From positions 124,001-188,000 of IMG/VR virus record IMGVR_UViG_3300033049_000066: a stretch of 64,000 bases of DNA. The stretch is one strand, 5' to 3'. A program made the translations under genes and the position numbers. The notes beneath the pieces are model-generated. The model was not told the DNA's origin. It worked only from the letters and a program-made list of their open reading frames with translations, and ran no database searches. The number at the start of each line of letters is the position of its first letter. The first letter of the stretch is position 1. Positions 35,630 through 45,099 of this stretch are shown here, piece by piece.

Positions 35630-36202
35630 TTAAGGAATCATTGATTTTGTTAAATTGTTAATGAACTTACGGGCGCTTACTAACTCAGATATGTTAATCT
35701 TTGCTAAGTCTACGATAGTTACTCTGCCGCTGAACGGCATTAGAAATTCATCAACGGACGGTACTTTCATAATATGCCCTTTTCCAATTTCTTCTATAAT
35801 TTTCTTCGCATTCCGGACAACAATTTCTAGTTGTAATACTGCAATAACAAAACCGTGCCATGGTGATTCATAAGTGGCAACCTTGCGAGAGATCTTGGGT
35901 GTGAAACCAGTGCGGAGATTTTTGCCTAGCATTACGTTGTACATAAGATAGTGCGGCGCATGAAGCCAGCTTTCTGTTTTTCTGTGAGCACCATCTGGGA
36001 TGGTGTAATGATGCTTAGTTATGTTCTTGTATCCTTTGTCCTCAAATCGAGCTTTTTCTTCGCCAGTGAATCCGCAGTAAGACCAATTACATTGTCTGTG
36101 GTCGCAAACTATTCTAATAGATTTACATTCTTCTGCGTTCGATGCTGATTTCCATGCGGAAATAAATTTGGTGTGTTCTTCTTTTGAATTAAATTGTGAC
36201 AT
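35630..36202 (-). CDS. Hypothetical protein behind a regulatory uORF
   Basis: AAGGAG RBS; HYLMYNVMLGK..GFTP. Confidence 0.7.
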   Translation of the reverse strand: MSQFNSKEEHTKFISAWKSASNAEECKSIRIVCDHRQCNWSYCGFTGEEKARFEDKGYKNITKHHYTIPDGAHRKTESWLHAPHYLMYNVMLGKNLRTGFTPKISRKVATYESPWHGFVIAVLQLEIVVRNAKKIIEEIGKGHIMKVPSVDEFLMPFSGRVTIVDLAKINISELVSARKFINNLTKSMIP

Positions 36203-36223
36203 AATGTTCTCCTTTAAGTTAGT

Positions 36224-36305
36224 GATGTCGTTAATATTTTGGGGATAACGACATCCTCTAAGGAGGACGAATTATTGTGTGGTGTAGTTAGTGCTGAAGT
36301 TTCAT
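36224..36305 (-). promoter_or_regulatory. Leader uORF MKLQH*LHHTIIRPP* followed by a hairpin
   Basis: Read on the minus strand after ATAAATA; 10-bp hairpin 36224-36254. Confidence 0.55.
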
Positions 36306-36349
36306 ACTTTTATTTATCTGTGATCAGGTACGATAATATATTTCTCAGC

Positions 36350-36568
36350 CTAAACCCAGGGTCGGCCCGGTGTTAAATCGCCGGAGTTATTATCATTATC
36401 TACTAAATCACCAGGATTATTAGTATTGCCGTAAGTTGTTGGCAATTGGGTAACGTCAAGCGTGTCTCGGGCATTGCCGTCGGTTGTTCGGTCAGCGGCT
36501 GCTAGCGCTAATTTTGCGGCCTGTCTATCTTTTTTAAGTGGTAATGTTGATATGCCATTTGCTGCCAT
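36350..36568 (-). CDS. Small late protein (MAANGISTL...GRPW), probable virion component
   Basis: AAGGA RBS; ATAAATA upstream. Confidence 0.65.
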   Translation of the reverse strand: MAANGISTLPLKKDRQAAKLALAAADRTTDGNARDTLDVTQLPTTYGNTNNPGDLVDNDNNSGDLTPGRPWV

Positions 36569-36640
36569 AATTTTGTTCCTTTGTTCCTTATATTTATCAA
36601 ATCGGTTGACAGGTGCATGCAAATTTCGTATAATATACAC

Positions 36641-36862
36641 ATGATCGAATATCAATCTCGAGGCGAACGCACATGGTACAAGCTGAACGACTGGCAACTA
36701 ATATCTCTCAGTGACATTAACCGATTTACGTTCAAATTTCATGGAAAACTAGTTGATGAACGAAAATATTTAAATGCGTATATCGAAAAAGAAATCATAC
36801 ATGCTAAACTTAGCGGTATGAAAATATCAAAGCGCATTTCCAGCGGCAGATACAGACAATGA
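36641..36862 (+). CDS. Hypothetical protein
   Basis: Behind TTGACA-TATAAT promoter. Confidence 0.55.
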   Translation: MIEYQSRGERTWYKLNDWQLISLSDINRFTFKFHGKLVDERKYLNAYIEKEIIHAKLSGMKISKRISSGRYRQ

Positions 36863-37437
36863 AAATCGACATTAGCAGGCTAAACAAAACAAACGGTGGG
36901 CGGGATTTTTCGTACAATGATCGCGCTGAAGATGCTATAAGTAATGCCGTGTGTTATTACTATGATTTACAATCTAACGGTGGAACAACCGGGTTTAATC
37001 CCGGCTATGACAAGCTCATAAATCGTACAAAAGTTGAAATTAAAATTTCAACTGCTGCAGGCGTTTTCATAGAAATCGCTAAAGGTGATGGTACGCCAGC
37101 GGGCATTTTTACGTCTGAGGCCGATGTGTACTTAACCGTGAATCCTGGGTTTGATAAGCAGGTGTCTTGTATGAAAGTTCGGCTGTGGCACAAAAAATTA
37201 CTGGAACATTGGGCTCGTGGCATGTTGGAAAAGCAGCCCGACAAGCTCAAGCAGTACGCAAAAAGTAACCTCGGGCCTGGATCTGCTGGGTTCGTGCTAG
37301 AATTTAACGCAGTTGAAGATCTATACATACTAGGATTTAACTACGTGCTGGGGAATAAGCAAATTGTATTCAATACCCATGATATTCTTCCGCCTGGGCA
37401 ATTTGCGTTAAATAGTATCGGAAATTTTATAAAATAA
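36859..37437 (+). CDS. PD-(D/E)XK-like nuclease
   Basis: PGYD...KVEIK...FIE. Confidence 0.55.
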   Translation: MKIDISRLNKTNGGRDFSYNDRAEDAISNAVCYYYDLQSNGGTTGFNPGYDKLINRTKVEIKISTAAGVFIEIAKGDGTPAGIFTSEADVYLTVNPGFDKQVSCMKVRLWHKKLLEHWARGMLEKQPDKLKQYAKSNLGPGSAGFVLEFNAVEDLYILGFNYVLGNKQIVFNTHDILPPGQFALNSIGNFIK

Positions 37438-37613
37438 TATAAGTCATTGATTTAATTAGAGTTATAGCATTTATTATTATAGACTAATATATTGGTAAGT
37501 TATTGATTTATATAAGAATAGTGGTTTTTAACTTACTTTAAATTTTTAAATGCGTGTACTGGTACGTTAAACCTCATAAAACCGCCTTATTTTGCGATAT
37601 TTAAATTAATTTA

Positions 37614-37700
37614 TAAGTCATTGATTATTAGCTAAATTAGAGGTTGACCTTTGGCGCTACTTGTCATATAATGTATATAACAGTTAGATAAAGAGCAAAG
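37614..37700 (+). promoter_or_regulatory. Repeated early promoter cassette (further copies at 37929-38026 and 38472-38570)
   Basis: IHF box; -35 at 37644, 37972, 38515. Confidence 0.85.
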
Positions 37701-37703
37701 GTT

Positions 37704-37928
37704 ATGAATGATAGCACTTACGAAACTAGAATAGATTATGACGGTAACAAGCGATGGTACGTAAATGGAAAATTACACCGGGAAGATGGCCCAGCTATTG
37801 AACTTAAAAACGGTAGCAAGTACTGGTACAGAAACGACAAATTGCACCGGGAAGATGGCCCAGCTATTGAGTTCGCGAACGGTAGTAAGCACTGGTACTT
37901 AAACGGAATAAAAGTTGAGGAGTTCTAG
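37704..37928 (+). CDS. HR(E/D)DGPA-repeat protein (short)
   Basis: MNDSTYETRID...GIKVEEF. Confidence 0.85.
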   Translation: MNDSTYETRIDYDGNKRWYVNGKLHREDGPAIELKNGSKYWYRNDKLHREDGPAIEFANGSKHWYLNGIKVEEF

Positions 37929-38039
37929 TAAGTCATTGATTAATTGATTTACAAATAGCCGCAATTAGAGGTTGACATCTTGGGCTACTTGTCTTATAAT
38001 GTATATAACAGTTAGATAAAGAGCAAAGGAACAAAGATT

Positions 38040-38471
38040 ATGAATGATAGCACTTACGAAACTAGAATAGATCGTGTCGGTAACAAGCGATGGTACAACA
38101 ATGGCAAATTACATAGAGAAGATGGCCCAGCCGTTGAACTCGCAGACGGTGACAATCACTGGTACGTAAACGGTAAAATACATAGAGAAGATGGGCCAGC
38201 TATTGAGTTCGCAAATGGTGACAAATTTTGGTACATAAATGATAAATTACATAGAGAAGATGGGCCAGCTATCGAGTACGCAAATGGTAACAAGCGGTGG
38301 TACATAAATGGTAAATTACACCGAGAAGATGGGCCGGCTATTGTATTTGCAAACGGTAGTAAGCACTGGTACTTAAACGGCAAAAGACACAGAGATAACG
38401 CACCGGCTATTGAATTTGCGGATGGCGATAAGGCGTGGTACTTAGACGGAATAAAAGTTGAGGAGTTCTAG
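38040..38471 (+). CDS. HR(E/D)DGPA-repeat protein
   Basis: Same termini as 37704, three more repeats. Confidence 0.85.
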   Translation: MNDSTYETRIDRVGNKRWYNNGKLHREDGPAVELADGDNHWYVNGKIHREDGPAIEFANGDKFWYINDKLHREDGPAIEYANGNKRWYINGKLHREDGPAIVFANGSKHWYLNGKRHRDNAPAIEFADGDKAWYLDGIKVEEF

Positions 38472-38573
38472 TAAGTCATTGATTAATTGATTTACAAATA
38501 GCCGCAATTAGAGGTTGACCTTTGGCGCTATATGTCTTATAATGTATATAACAGTTAGATAAAGAGCAAAATT

Positions 38574-38768
38574 ATGAATGACTTTCAGTATTACGCTGCA
38601 ATATTCGCAGCCAGTGTATTTTTAATTGCGCGACTACATACATTTTATGTACGTCGCTCCGGTATAAAAAAGACGGCTGCTATTAAAAATCGTGTTCGTC
38701 GCTATGCGACATCTCGTGTGAAAGTTTCTGCTTGGGATAAGCCTGAATTTCGTCGGAGCATAAGATAG
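38574..38768 (+). CDS. Small membrane protein
   Basis: Directly behind promoter cassette. Confidence 0.55.
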   Translation: MNDFQYYAAIFAASVFLIARLHTFYVRRSGIKKTAAIKNRVRRYATSRVKVSAWDKPEFRRSIR

Positions 38769-38980
38769 TGAAGATTACAAATAACAAAGATTTAGAGCTA
38801 GCAACTGCACGGTTTGAAAAAATAGTTAATTCTATAATGCTAGATAAAGGTACCTACACAATCAACGAATTAGACAAGCTGTTAGCTGAAGTAGCGTCTA
38901 TCGAAGAACAGATTACAAAATTTAAATCAAGTAAAGTGAAGGCAACCGTACGAATGTCAGGTGTGGTCCGTGGTGAGTAA
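38768..38980 (+). CDS. Hypothetical protein
   Basis: Coupled ORF. Confidence 0.55.
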   Translation: MKITNNKDLELATARFEKIVNSIMLDKGTYTINELDKLLAEVASIEEQITKFKSSKVKATVRMSGVVRGE

Positions 38981-39443
38981 GATTGATTTTCTCGGACGAA
39001 CATTACGCTGTGGGGATTACGTATCCGGCGGACTTTCAATGCATGAATTAACTAGCGTGTTTCAAGTTCGCGGATTTACTACTACAAAATGCAAAATTGC
39101 ACCGTTAGAGAATGAAAAATTAGTTCGAATGAAAAATAGCAACGATCTAATTAAACTAGACGAACAAGACGTATTACATTTGTTAAATCAGGTTTGTACT
39201 GACTTACTCGGCCAAGAACTTTTGATTGGTGATTATGTGTACGGTGGAAGAATTGGGATGGTACTACACCCGGTTATATTTGAGATAATAGGATTTTCTT
39301 CATATAAAGTGAAATTAAAACCAGTAATTTGTAGCCGTCCCGGAACCGCAGTGGACGTATTAGACGTAAGAGAAGGGTCATCCTTAATTAAGGTAGATCC
39401 AACATTAGTTACATTCAAATGTTTAACCAGGAGCAATGCATGA
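38961..39443 (+). CDS. Hypothetical protein with internal duplication (DxLG..L..GDYV x2)
   Basis: Two homologous halves. Confidence 0.65.
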   Translation: MWSVVSKIDFLGRTLRCGDYVSGGLSMHELTSVFQVRGFTTTKCKIAPLENEKLVRMKNSNDLIKLDEQDVLHLLNQVCTDLLGQELLIGDYVYGGRIGMVLHPVIFEIIGFSSYKVKLKPVICSRPGTAVDVLDVREGSSLIKVDPTLVTFKCLTRSNA

Positions 39444-39755
39444 TTAAATTTAAATTACAAGCACTAGTAGAAGGATTAAAATCAGCACTTATTACGTACA
39501 GCGCGATCATTAGTGGCGCGTGGGCGATAACACAATTTACTGGCAATGGCTAATGATATCCGTGACGTTTAACGCCAAAACCGCAAACTCGCGTCGTATC
39601 CAGAATTTGGTTAAGCAGTACGGCGGGTGGTTTGACGCGAACCCAATGGCAATAAGCAGGGATACTAAAAAATCACAATTTCGCATATCATTTAATAATG
39701 CAGCGCAATACAAACAATTTTCAGTACGTTCTCATTTATTGGAGCAACCATTTAT

Positions 39756-40106
39756 ATGAAATTTAGCATTTTAATGTCGTTTGAAACTACGGCAGCAAGT
39801 GGCGGTGAACCGCGCAGACTCATTGATATAGAAGGTGACCTGTCATCTGTAAAAACTTACATCCGTCTAGCGAACTCGCAGGATTTCAAGTGGGGTGCGG
39901 TAACTAGGATCGATTCCGGCTTGAAATCTGGCGATGTGGATCGCTGGCTCATTAAGAAATATACCCCCGCAACTACACTAAGGTTACATATTTTCTCGTA
40001 TCATAACGCGATATCGGAGTCCATCGGAGATGCAATAATGACATGTTATGATACGCAAATTGGCACGTGGAAAGCGAAGAAACTACTAGGTGCTGACGAA
40101 TTTTAA
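39756..40106 (+). CDS. Hypothetical protein
   Basis: GGAG RBS. Confidence 0.6.
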   Translation: MKFSILMSFETTAASGGEPRRLIDIEGDLSSVKTYIRLANSQDFKWGAVTRIDSGLKSGDVDRWLIKKYTPATTLRLHIFSYHNAISESIGDAIMTCYDTQIGTWKAKKLLGADEF

Positions 40107-40109
40107 ACA

Positions 40110-40460
40110 ATGGAGATTACTGTGAACGAAAACCCAATAAAATCTAAAGGACAGGCAGACACTGCTGCTGCTTACATCGAGTACCTATCTGAACGGATGA
40201 GCGACGATTACATCAGTGACAAGGAACTAGATGATACCTTTAACCGCATGATTGCTGTATCGCACGACCTTGCTGCGTTTTACGCAAGCCACGACTGGGT
40301 GGCTGATGCCGGGCTGGAAGATGAGGGCTACGGAACTCCTGTAGCGCCATATAGCCCGCCTTATCTCGTTGTAGATAATGTTGTAATACTAGACTCCGAT
40401 GATTTAACTGAGTGGCGCAGAAACAACTTTAGCATCGTTAAATCCGACATAGCGGCTTAG
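40110..40460 (+). CDS. Acidic hypothetical protein
   Basis: ORF in operon. Confidence 0.6.
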   Translation: MEITVNENPIKSKGQADTAAAYIEYLSERMSDDYISDKELDDTFNRMIAVSHDLAAFYASHDWVADAGLEDEGYGTPVAPYSPPYLVVDNVVILDSDDLTEWRRNNFSIVKSDIAA

Positions 40461-40462
40461 AA

Positions 40463-41158
40463 ATGACTACAGAAGAAACAGTTGAAAAACGCCCGCTGGT
40501 ACTTTGGTCCGGTGGATTTGATAGTACCGCGCTGGTGATATCGTTATTACACGATGGTGATATTGATGTTCTGTATGTTAGTCTTGATAATAACTCAGCG
40601 CCGCAAAAGTATGAGAAAAAAGCAATTAAAAAACTAAAACGTATTATTGTGAATGCGAAGCTGAAAGGTAGTATAATAAATGAACACGCATTCGGATATG
40701 GTTATATTGACGTGCGCGACAATATGTATTCGCAGCCGGCGCTATGGGTACATGCAGCGGCGTTTGTAGCAGACAGTGAAATTCACAGTACTGTAGAAAT
40801 TGCGTACATCAAACACGATGATGCCTGGCATTTTAAAACTGAGATACAAGATGCGTATGCAGCACTAACAAAATTGATTTGCTTTGGTATTACCGTGCCG
40901 CTAAGCTTTCCGTTTGAATGGCGCACAAAAGCATCTTTGCTTGAGGACCTGCAGGATGTTTCGCAATGTGATAAAATTCTAAAAGCTGTGCGATATTGTG
41001 AGGGAAGAGAGGCCGCTCCGTGTGGCGAATGCGCTTCGTGTAAGCGTCACATAAGCGAGCTACATACTGCCCCTCGGCTAATTAGTGTTGACATGACCAA
41101 CGAGGTCGTATCACGTCAAGAGACAGAAAATTTAAAGGAGACAGAAAATGTCAAATGA
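40463..41158 (+). CDS. QueC-like PP-loop ATPase
   Basis: LWSGGFDST; TK; YCE..PCGECASC..H zinc motif. Confidence 0.75.
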   Translation: MTTEETVEKRPLVLWSGGFDSTALVISLLHDGDIDVLYVSLDNNSAPQKYEKKAIKKLKRIIVNAKLKGSIINEHAFGYGYIDVRDNMYSQPALWVHAAAFVADSEIHSTVEIAYIKHDDAWHFKTEIQDAYAALTKLICFGITVPLSFPFEWRTKASLLEDLQDVSQCDKILKAVRYCEGREAAPCGECASCKRHISELHTAPRLISVDMTNEVVSRQETENLKETENVK

Positions 41159-41501
41159 TGCAAATGAATACCGGTACTTATTTTTAGTACGCCAGCGATT
41201 TGGTGAGGTGCCAACTGTTGATTCGTTCTATCAACTACAACTCCCAGCTGGCCTCACAGGTGATCAGGCTAAAGTTATGACTGTTTTAAACGCAGATTTT
41301 TGCAAGGAAGAGCTAACAGCAGACACGCAAACATTGTTCGGCATGGATCTACGGTTAAGGGCTAACTCCGATATGTTCAACAGTGTCTGCTTAGTACGCA
41401 CAACCTCAGAGATTGACGCGGATGATCTCGACATAATCATTGCTAATAAGCACAGTGAGGGTGAATTGCTAGACTTTTTGGACGAATCGGCAATAAAATA
41501 G
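41148..41501 (+). CDS. Hypothetical protein
   Basis: AAGGAG RBS. Confidence 0.65.
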   Translation: MSNDANEYRYLFLVRQRFGEVPTVDSFYQLQLPAGLTGDQAKVMTVLNADFCKEELTADTQTLFGMDLRLRANSDMFNSVCLVRTTSEIDADDLDIIIANKHSEGELLDFLDESAIK

Positions 41502-41538
41502 GTTGACAGATTCGCAGAAGAGCGTATAATATATACAC

Positions 41539-41666
41539 ATAGGCTATGCAGGACGGGAGTTGTGCCCGTAACTAGTTCCTTCTAACTTAAACTTGAAGTT
41601 GGCTTGCTGAGGTTTCGGCCTCCGCGGTCAACATGCGCAAACACGCAACTACCTGCAATTACCTAT
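41539..41666 (+). ncRNA. Y-RNA-like ncRNA, copy 1
   Basis: ATAGG-CTA-TGCAGG..TAGTT / AACTA-CCTGCA-ATTA-CCTAT; loop motif TCCTTCTAACTTAAACTTGAA; follows TTGACA(41503)-TATAAT(41525). Confidence 0.65.
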
Positions 41667-41682
41667 ACTTAACAATTGAATT

Positions 41683-41748
41683 TGCGGCTATAAAAAGACT
41701 TCCTTCTAACTTAACTTGAAATTAAACTTAGTCTTTTAACTTTCCGCA
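41683..41748 (+). ncRNA. Y-RNA-like ncRNA, copy 2 (minimal)
   Basis: TGCGG-CTAT-AAAAAGACT / AGTCTTTT-AACTTT-CCGCA; loop TCCTTCTAACTTAACTTGAA. Confidence 0.65.
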
Positions 41749-41770
41749 CTTATTTTAACAGAGGCGCTAC

Positions 41771-43837
41771 ATGGAACAGAAAATCGCAATTAAACTCGCT
41801 GGTGGAATTATCCTTCCGCTTAACAAGCGTAAAGAAGATATTGGGTACAGTTTATCTTTCATTTCTAATTTAATGGCACACGGTTATATGCCAGATAAAA
41901 AATTATCAAATGCACTCAGCGAACTTTCTGTTACAGACATAACGTCTTTGTCCGAAGCCGTCATGCCGGTCCTTAAGGAACTGGTGGGCGCAAATGTTGT
42001 TCACAAACCCATGTATCCAAATTTTCCTAAGCAGGTAATGGAGGCTGACGCTGCTGAATTATTCCGGGTAGCGCAGGCACACTATTTCACAAAAGGTAAG
42101 TGGATGCCCGAGTTTCACCTAAATGACAGACCTCTGGCCTACGAAAATGTAAACTTCAAGACTCTTAGCATAGTAGATGGTCATGACATGGACCAAGTGT
42201 TTACTAATATCTTACAAAGTGCAGATTCAATTTCAGAATTTAACAAATCTGTGCTGGCGTGGTTTATCGCAAATCGCACATTCGTCATCCCCGAGAAAAT
42301 TCCCTTCAAGGAAAATGTTTGCGTAGTTGCAGGACTGCTACTTGACGCTGATATGTGGAACAGCACTCTCGTAAAAGATACGACTGATATCCTGCGAATT
42401 GTGACGTTCATCAACGGTGGGGATATTTCTCTCGCTGAGAACACGAAATTTAAGTCTCTGCCGAGACGCGTGAGAAAATTGCTAATTCTGGATTTGGAGC
42501 GTGTGGCGCGAGAGGAAGATTTTGCCCGGCACAGTAACAAGTGGATAAAATTATTTCACAATCTTCACGTTGGTGACTATTCTTCGTCGCTCTACCAGAT
42601 TGCGAAAAAATTGCGAGAGAATAAGAAAATTACAACGTTCAATGGTCGACTTGAAGCTCTGCTATCTATCCCGGATGTGAAAGATTGCATCACTTTGCTA
42701 CAGCAGCGCCCAGGGATTTTCGCGAGGAAAATACTCGAGCTTATCTCCAAGGACCCAACAGATAAGAAGGGCATTGTCGACGCATTCTCGAGCGTGGTGG
42801 ACGATGTGCCGGCACGAAATTTGACGCAACTCCTGGGCGCGGTGAAGGTCCGTGGGGGCGTGGTACAGAAGAGGGTCGTCTTTCCAAAAGGCCTAGTACA
42901 GCATGCCTACGTTCTACGCAACGAATTAGCGCGGTTGAATCCAGCTGTGCGTACACATCTCAATGATGTAGTGACCGCATCGCTTAAAAAACGTTTTAGC
43001 GGCTTGGACGCGCTCGGCAAGGTTTATATTGACCCTGCTTTGTACGAATGCCCGCTGCCTGTTGGAATGCGGTCAGCAAGTGAAGGCTTGCGAGAAGTTG
43101 CGCGAGGCACACGCATGCCTATTGGCAACAAGGGGACGTTGCGTCTTTTTGTGTACTGGAAGGGTGAGGACATTGATTTGTCGGCTACGTTCCATGACGA
43201 AAATTTTAATCAGGTTTACACTGTCTCGTACTCCAATCTTAATGCGCGCCATTTTGACGCGGTACACAGTGGCGATATCGTCAGCGCACCAAACGGTGCT
43301 AGTGAGTTCGTAGACGTAGACATTCAGTCGGTGCTTGATGCTGCATACGATATACGATACGTAGCAATGCACGTAATGGTCTTTACTGGGCCAGCTTTCA
43401 AAGAGCACGATGTTTGCTTTGCTGGATGGATGACGCGTGATAAAACTAACAGCAATGCTATATATCATCCTAAGACTGTGGAACAAAAGATTGATATTCG
43501 TGGGGCGACTAAAAATGTTATTCCTGTGATTTTTGACCTTAAGAAACGTAAGGCAATTTGGACTGACATCAGCACGAACGGTAAGGGCTTCAGCACAGAC
43601 GGTAACAAGACACCGAGCGGAAACAATGTCGAAAACAATAAAGCTACAATCGAAGATATGGTCGAAGCTTTTACAAGTCTCGACAATAAAATTACGCTCG
43701 GGGAACTATTTGAAATGCACGGACAGGCACGTGGCAACCTTGTCACCGACCGCAAGGATGCGGACTTTATTTTTGCGATGGACGACGCCGATGTGACGCC
43801 GTATGATATTATCGACATCAACGCTAATTTTTTATAA
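41771..43837 (+). CDS. TROVE-like helical protein with C-terminal TerD domain (Prok-RING_4-type architecture without RING)
   Basis: HKPMYPNFP, IPFKEN, TDILR, WIKLFHNLH, RPGIFAR; TerD-like LRLFVYW..DIDLSA..HSGDIVSAPNGASEFVD. Confidence 0.75.
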   Translation: MEQKIAIKLAGGIILPLNKRKEDIGYSLSFISNLMAHGYMPDKKLSNALSELSVTDITSLSEAVMPVLKELVGANVVHKPMYPNFPKQVMEADAAELFRVAQAHYFTKGKWMPEFHLNDRPLAYENVNFKTLSIVDGHDMDQVFTNILQSADSISEFNKSVLAWFIANRTFVIPEKIPFKENVCVVAGLLLDADMWNSTLVKDTTDILRIVTFINGGDISLAENTKFKSLPRRVRKLLILDLERVAREEDFARHSNKWIKLFHNLHVGDYSSSLYQIAKKLRENKKITTFNGRLEALLSIPDVKDCITLLQQRPGIFARKILELISKDPTDKKGIVDAFSSVVDDVPARNLTQLLGAVKVRGGVVQKRVVFPKGLVQHAYVLRNELARLNPAVRTHLNDVVTASLKKRFSGLDALGKVYIDPALYECPLPVGMRSASEGLREVARGTRMPIGNKGTLRLFVYWKGEDIDLSATFHDENFNQVYTVSYSNLNARHFDAVHSGDIVSAPNGASEFVDVDIQSVLDAAYDIRYVAMHVMVFTGPAFKEHDVCFAGWMTRDKTNSNAIYHPKTVEQKIDIRGATKNVIPVIFDLKKRKAIWTDISTNGKGFSTDGNKTPSGNNVENNKATIEDMVEAFTSLDNKITLGELFEMHGQARGNLVTDRKDADFIFAMDDADVTPYDIIDINANFL

Positions 43838-44192
43838 TGCTAACTGGAGTAAATTATGCCTAAAACAATTGTTATCTTTGCGGTCGTTGGCGCGTTTTAT
43901 GTGGGTACGCTAGTAGCGGATGGAATCCAACTAGTCAGTCAACATTACGAAATTCAATCTCTGCCGGTGCCAGCTCCCAAGGACGAAGATCGTTGCAGGG
44001 GTCAAATCAAACGCACTGTCTCATCCTTGCTAACACAGGAGATGCCTGCGTGACGCACAAAGGCAGTTGGCAGCGGCCGACGCAGGTCACCAAGGATGAG
44101 CGGGATCTACGACACGATATTACATTCTGCAAGGACGAGAAAGAGAAGCGGGCTCTGATAAGAAAACTCAAGAAGCTTGAGAAGTCTCGGCT

Positions 44193-44399
44193 GTGAAAAT
44201 TTACAGATGGTTGCTTGGGGGTATTTGGTATCGTGCTCAGAATTTGTACGGTCGCTACCCCGAGTGGATTCGTCCTTACGATCGCGACGAGCGACACGAG
44301 GTGTATGGCCGGGAAGAATATCCGTACAGGATTTGGACTTCAAAACGTACAAGTACCGAGAACCCTGAATACGTCATTCAATTACTAAAGCAAATATAA
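44193..44399 (+). CDS. Hypothetical protein
   Basis: Coupled ORF. Confidence 0.5.
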   Translation: MKIYRWLLGGIWYRAQNLYGRYPEWIRPYDRDERHEVYGREEYPYRIWTSKRTSTENPEYVIQLLKQI

Positions 44400-44791
44400 T
44401 GCCTGCGCAGAAACCTATGACCAAGCGTATGAAAGAGATGATGGAATCTCTATGGGCTCGTGGTGACATCCGTGCTGACCAGCTCGACAAAAATGTGCTA
44501 AAAAAGTTAATAAAGGCTGGTCAAGTTAAGCGAATACAAAGCACAAGAATCGGCCCTGGCATAAGAAGTTCGGTTACAATGATTGTTGCATTAGTCCAGG
44601 CACCAATACAAAATGAAACTAACACTGGTGGTCCTTACGCTAAGCGCAAGGCGCAGCTAGATTCTTCCGGATTGCCGTACAGAGGCAAGACGTGGGGTAA
44701 GATACGACTAGACCTGCCGCGTCAGGCGCGTGAGAAAGAAATATCCGATAAAAAGAAAATGTGGGCAAAACTTAAACGGTACCGCGCATGA
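44399..44791 (+). CDS. Basic hypothetical protein
   Basis: Coupled ORF ending KMWAKLKRYRA. Confidence 0.6.
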   Translation: MPAQKPMTKRMKEMMESLWARGDIRADQLDKNVLKKLIKAGQVKRIQSTRIGPGIRSSVTMIVALVQAPIQNETNTGGPYAKRKAQLDSSGLPYRGKTWGKIRLDLPRQAREKEISDKKKMWAKLKRYRA

Positions 44792-45099
44792 GTACAGCAC
44801 AAGACACATTCAATCGATTAAAAACGAAAATTGTCGTAGATAACGAGGGCAATAAACACTGGTACGTCAATGGGCTATTGCATCGGGAAGATGGCCCGGC
44901 TGTTGAGTACGCAAATGGTGACAAATTTTGGTACAAGAATGACAAGATGCACCGTGAGAATGCCCCGGCTGTTGTCCGTACAAATGGTGACAAGTTTTGG
45001 TACCAGAATGGCAAATTGCACCGAGTGGGCGGTGCGGCCGTTGAATTTGCAGAGGGTGATGCCGGTTGGTACGAAAATGGTGAAAGGATATGGAAATGA
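44788..45099 (+). CDS. HR(E/D)DGPA-repeat protein
   Basis: MSTAQDTFNRLK leader + repeats. Confidence 0.85.
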   Translation: MSTAQDTFNRLKTKIVVDNEGNKHWYVNGLLHREDGPAVEYANGDKFWYKNDKMHRENAPAVVRTNGDKFWYQNGKLHRVGGAAVEFAEGDAGWYENGERIWK

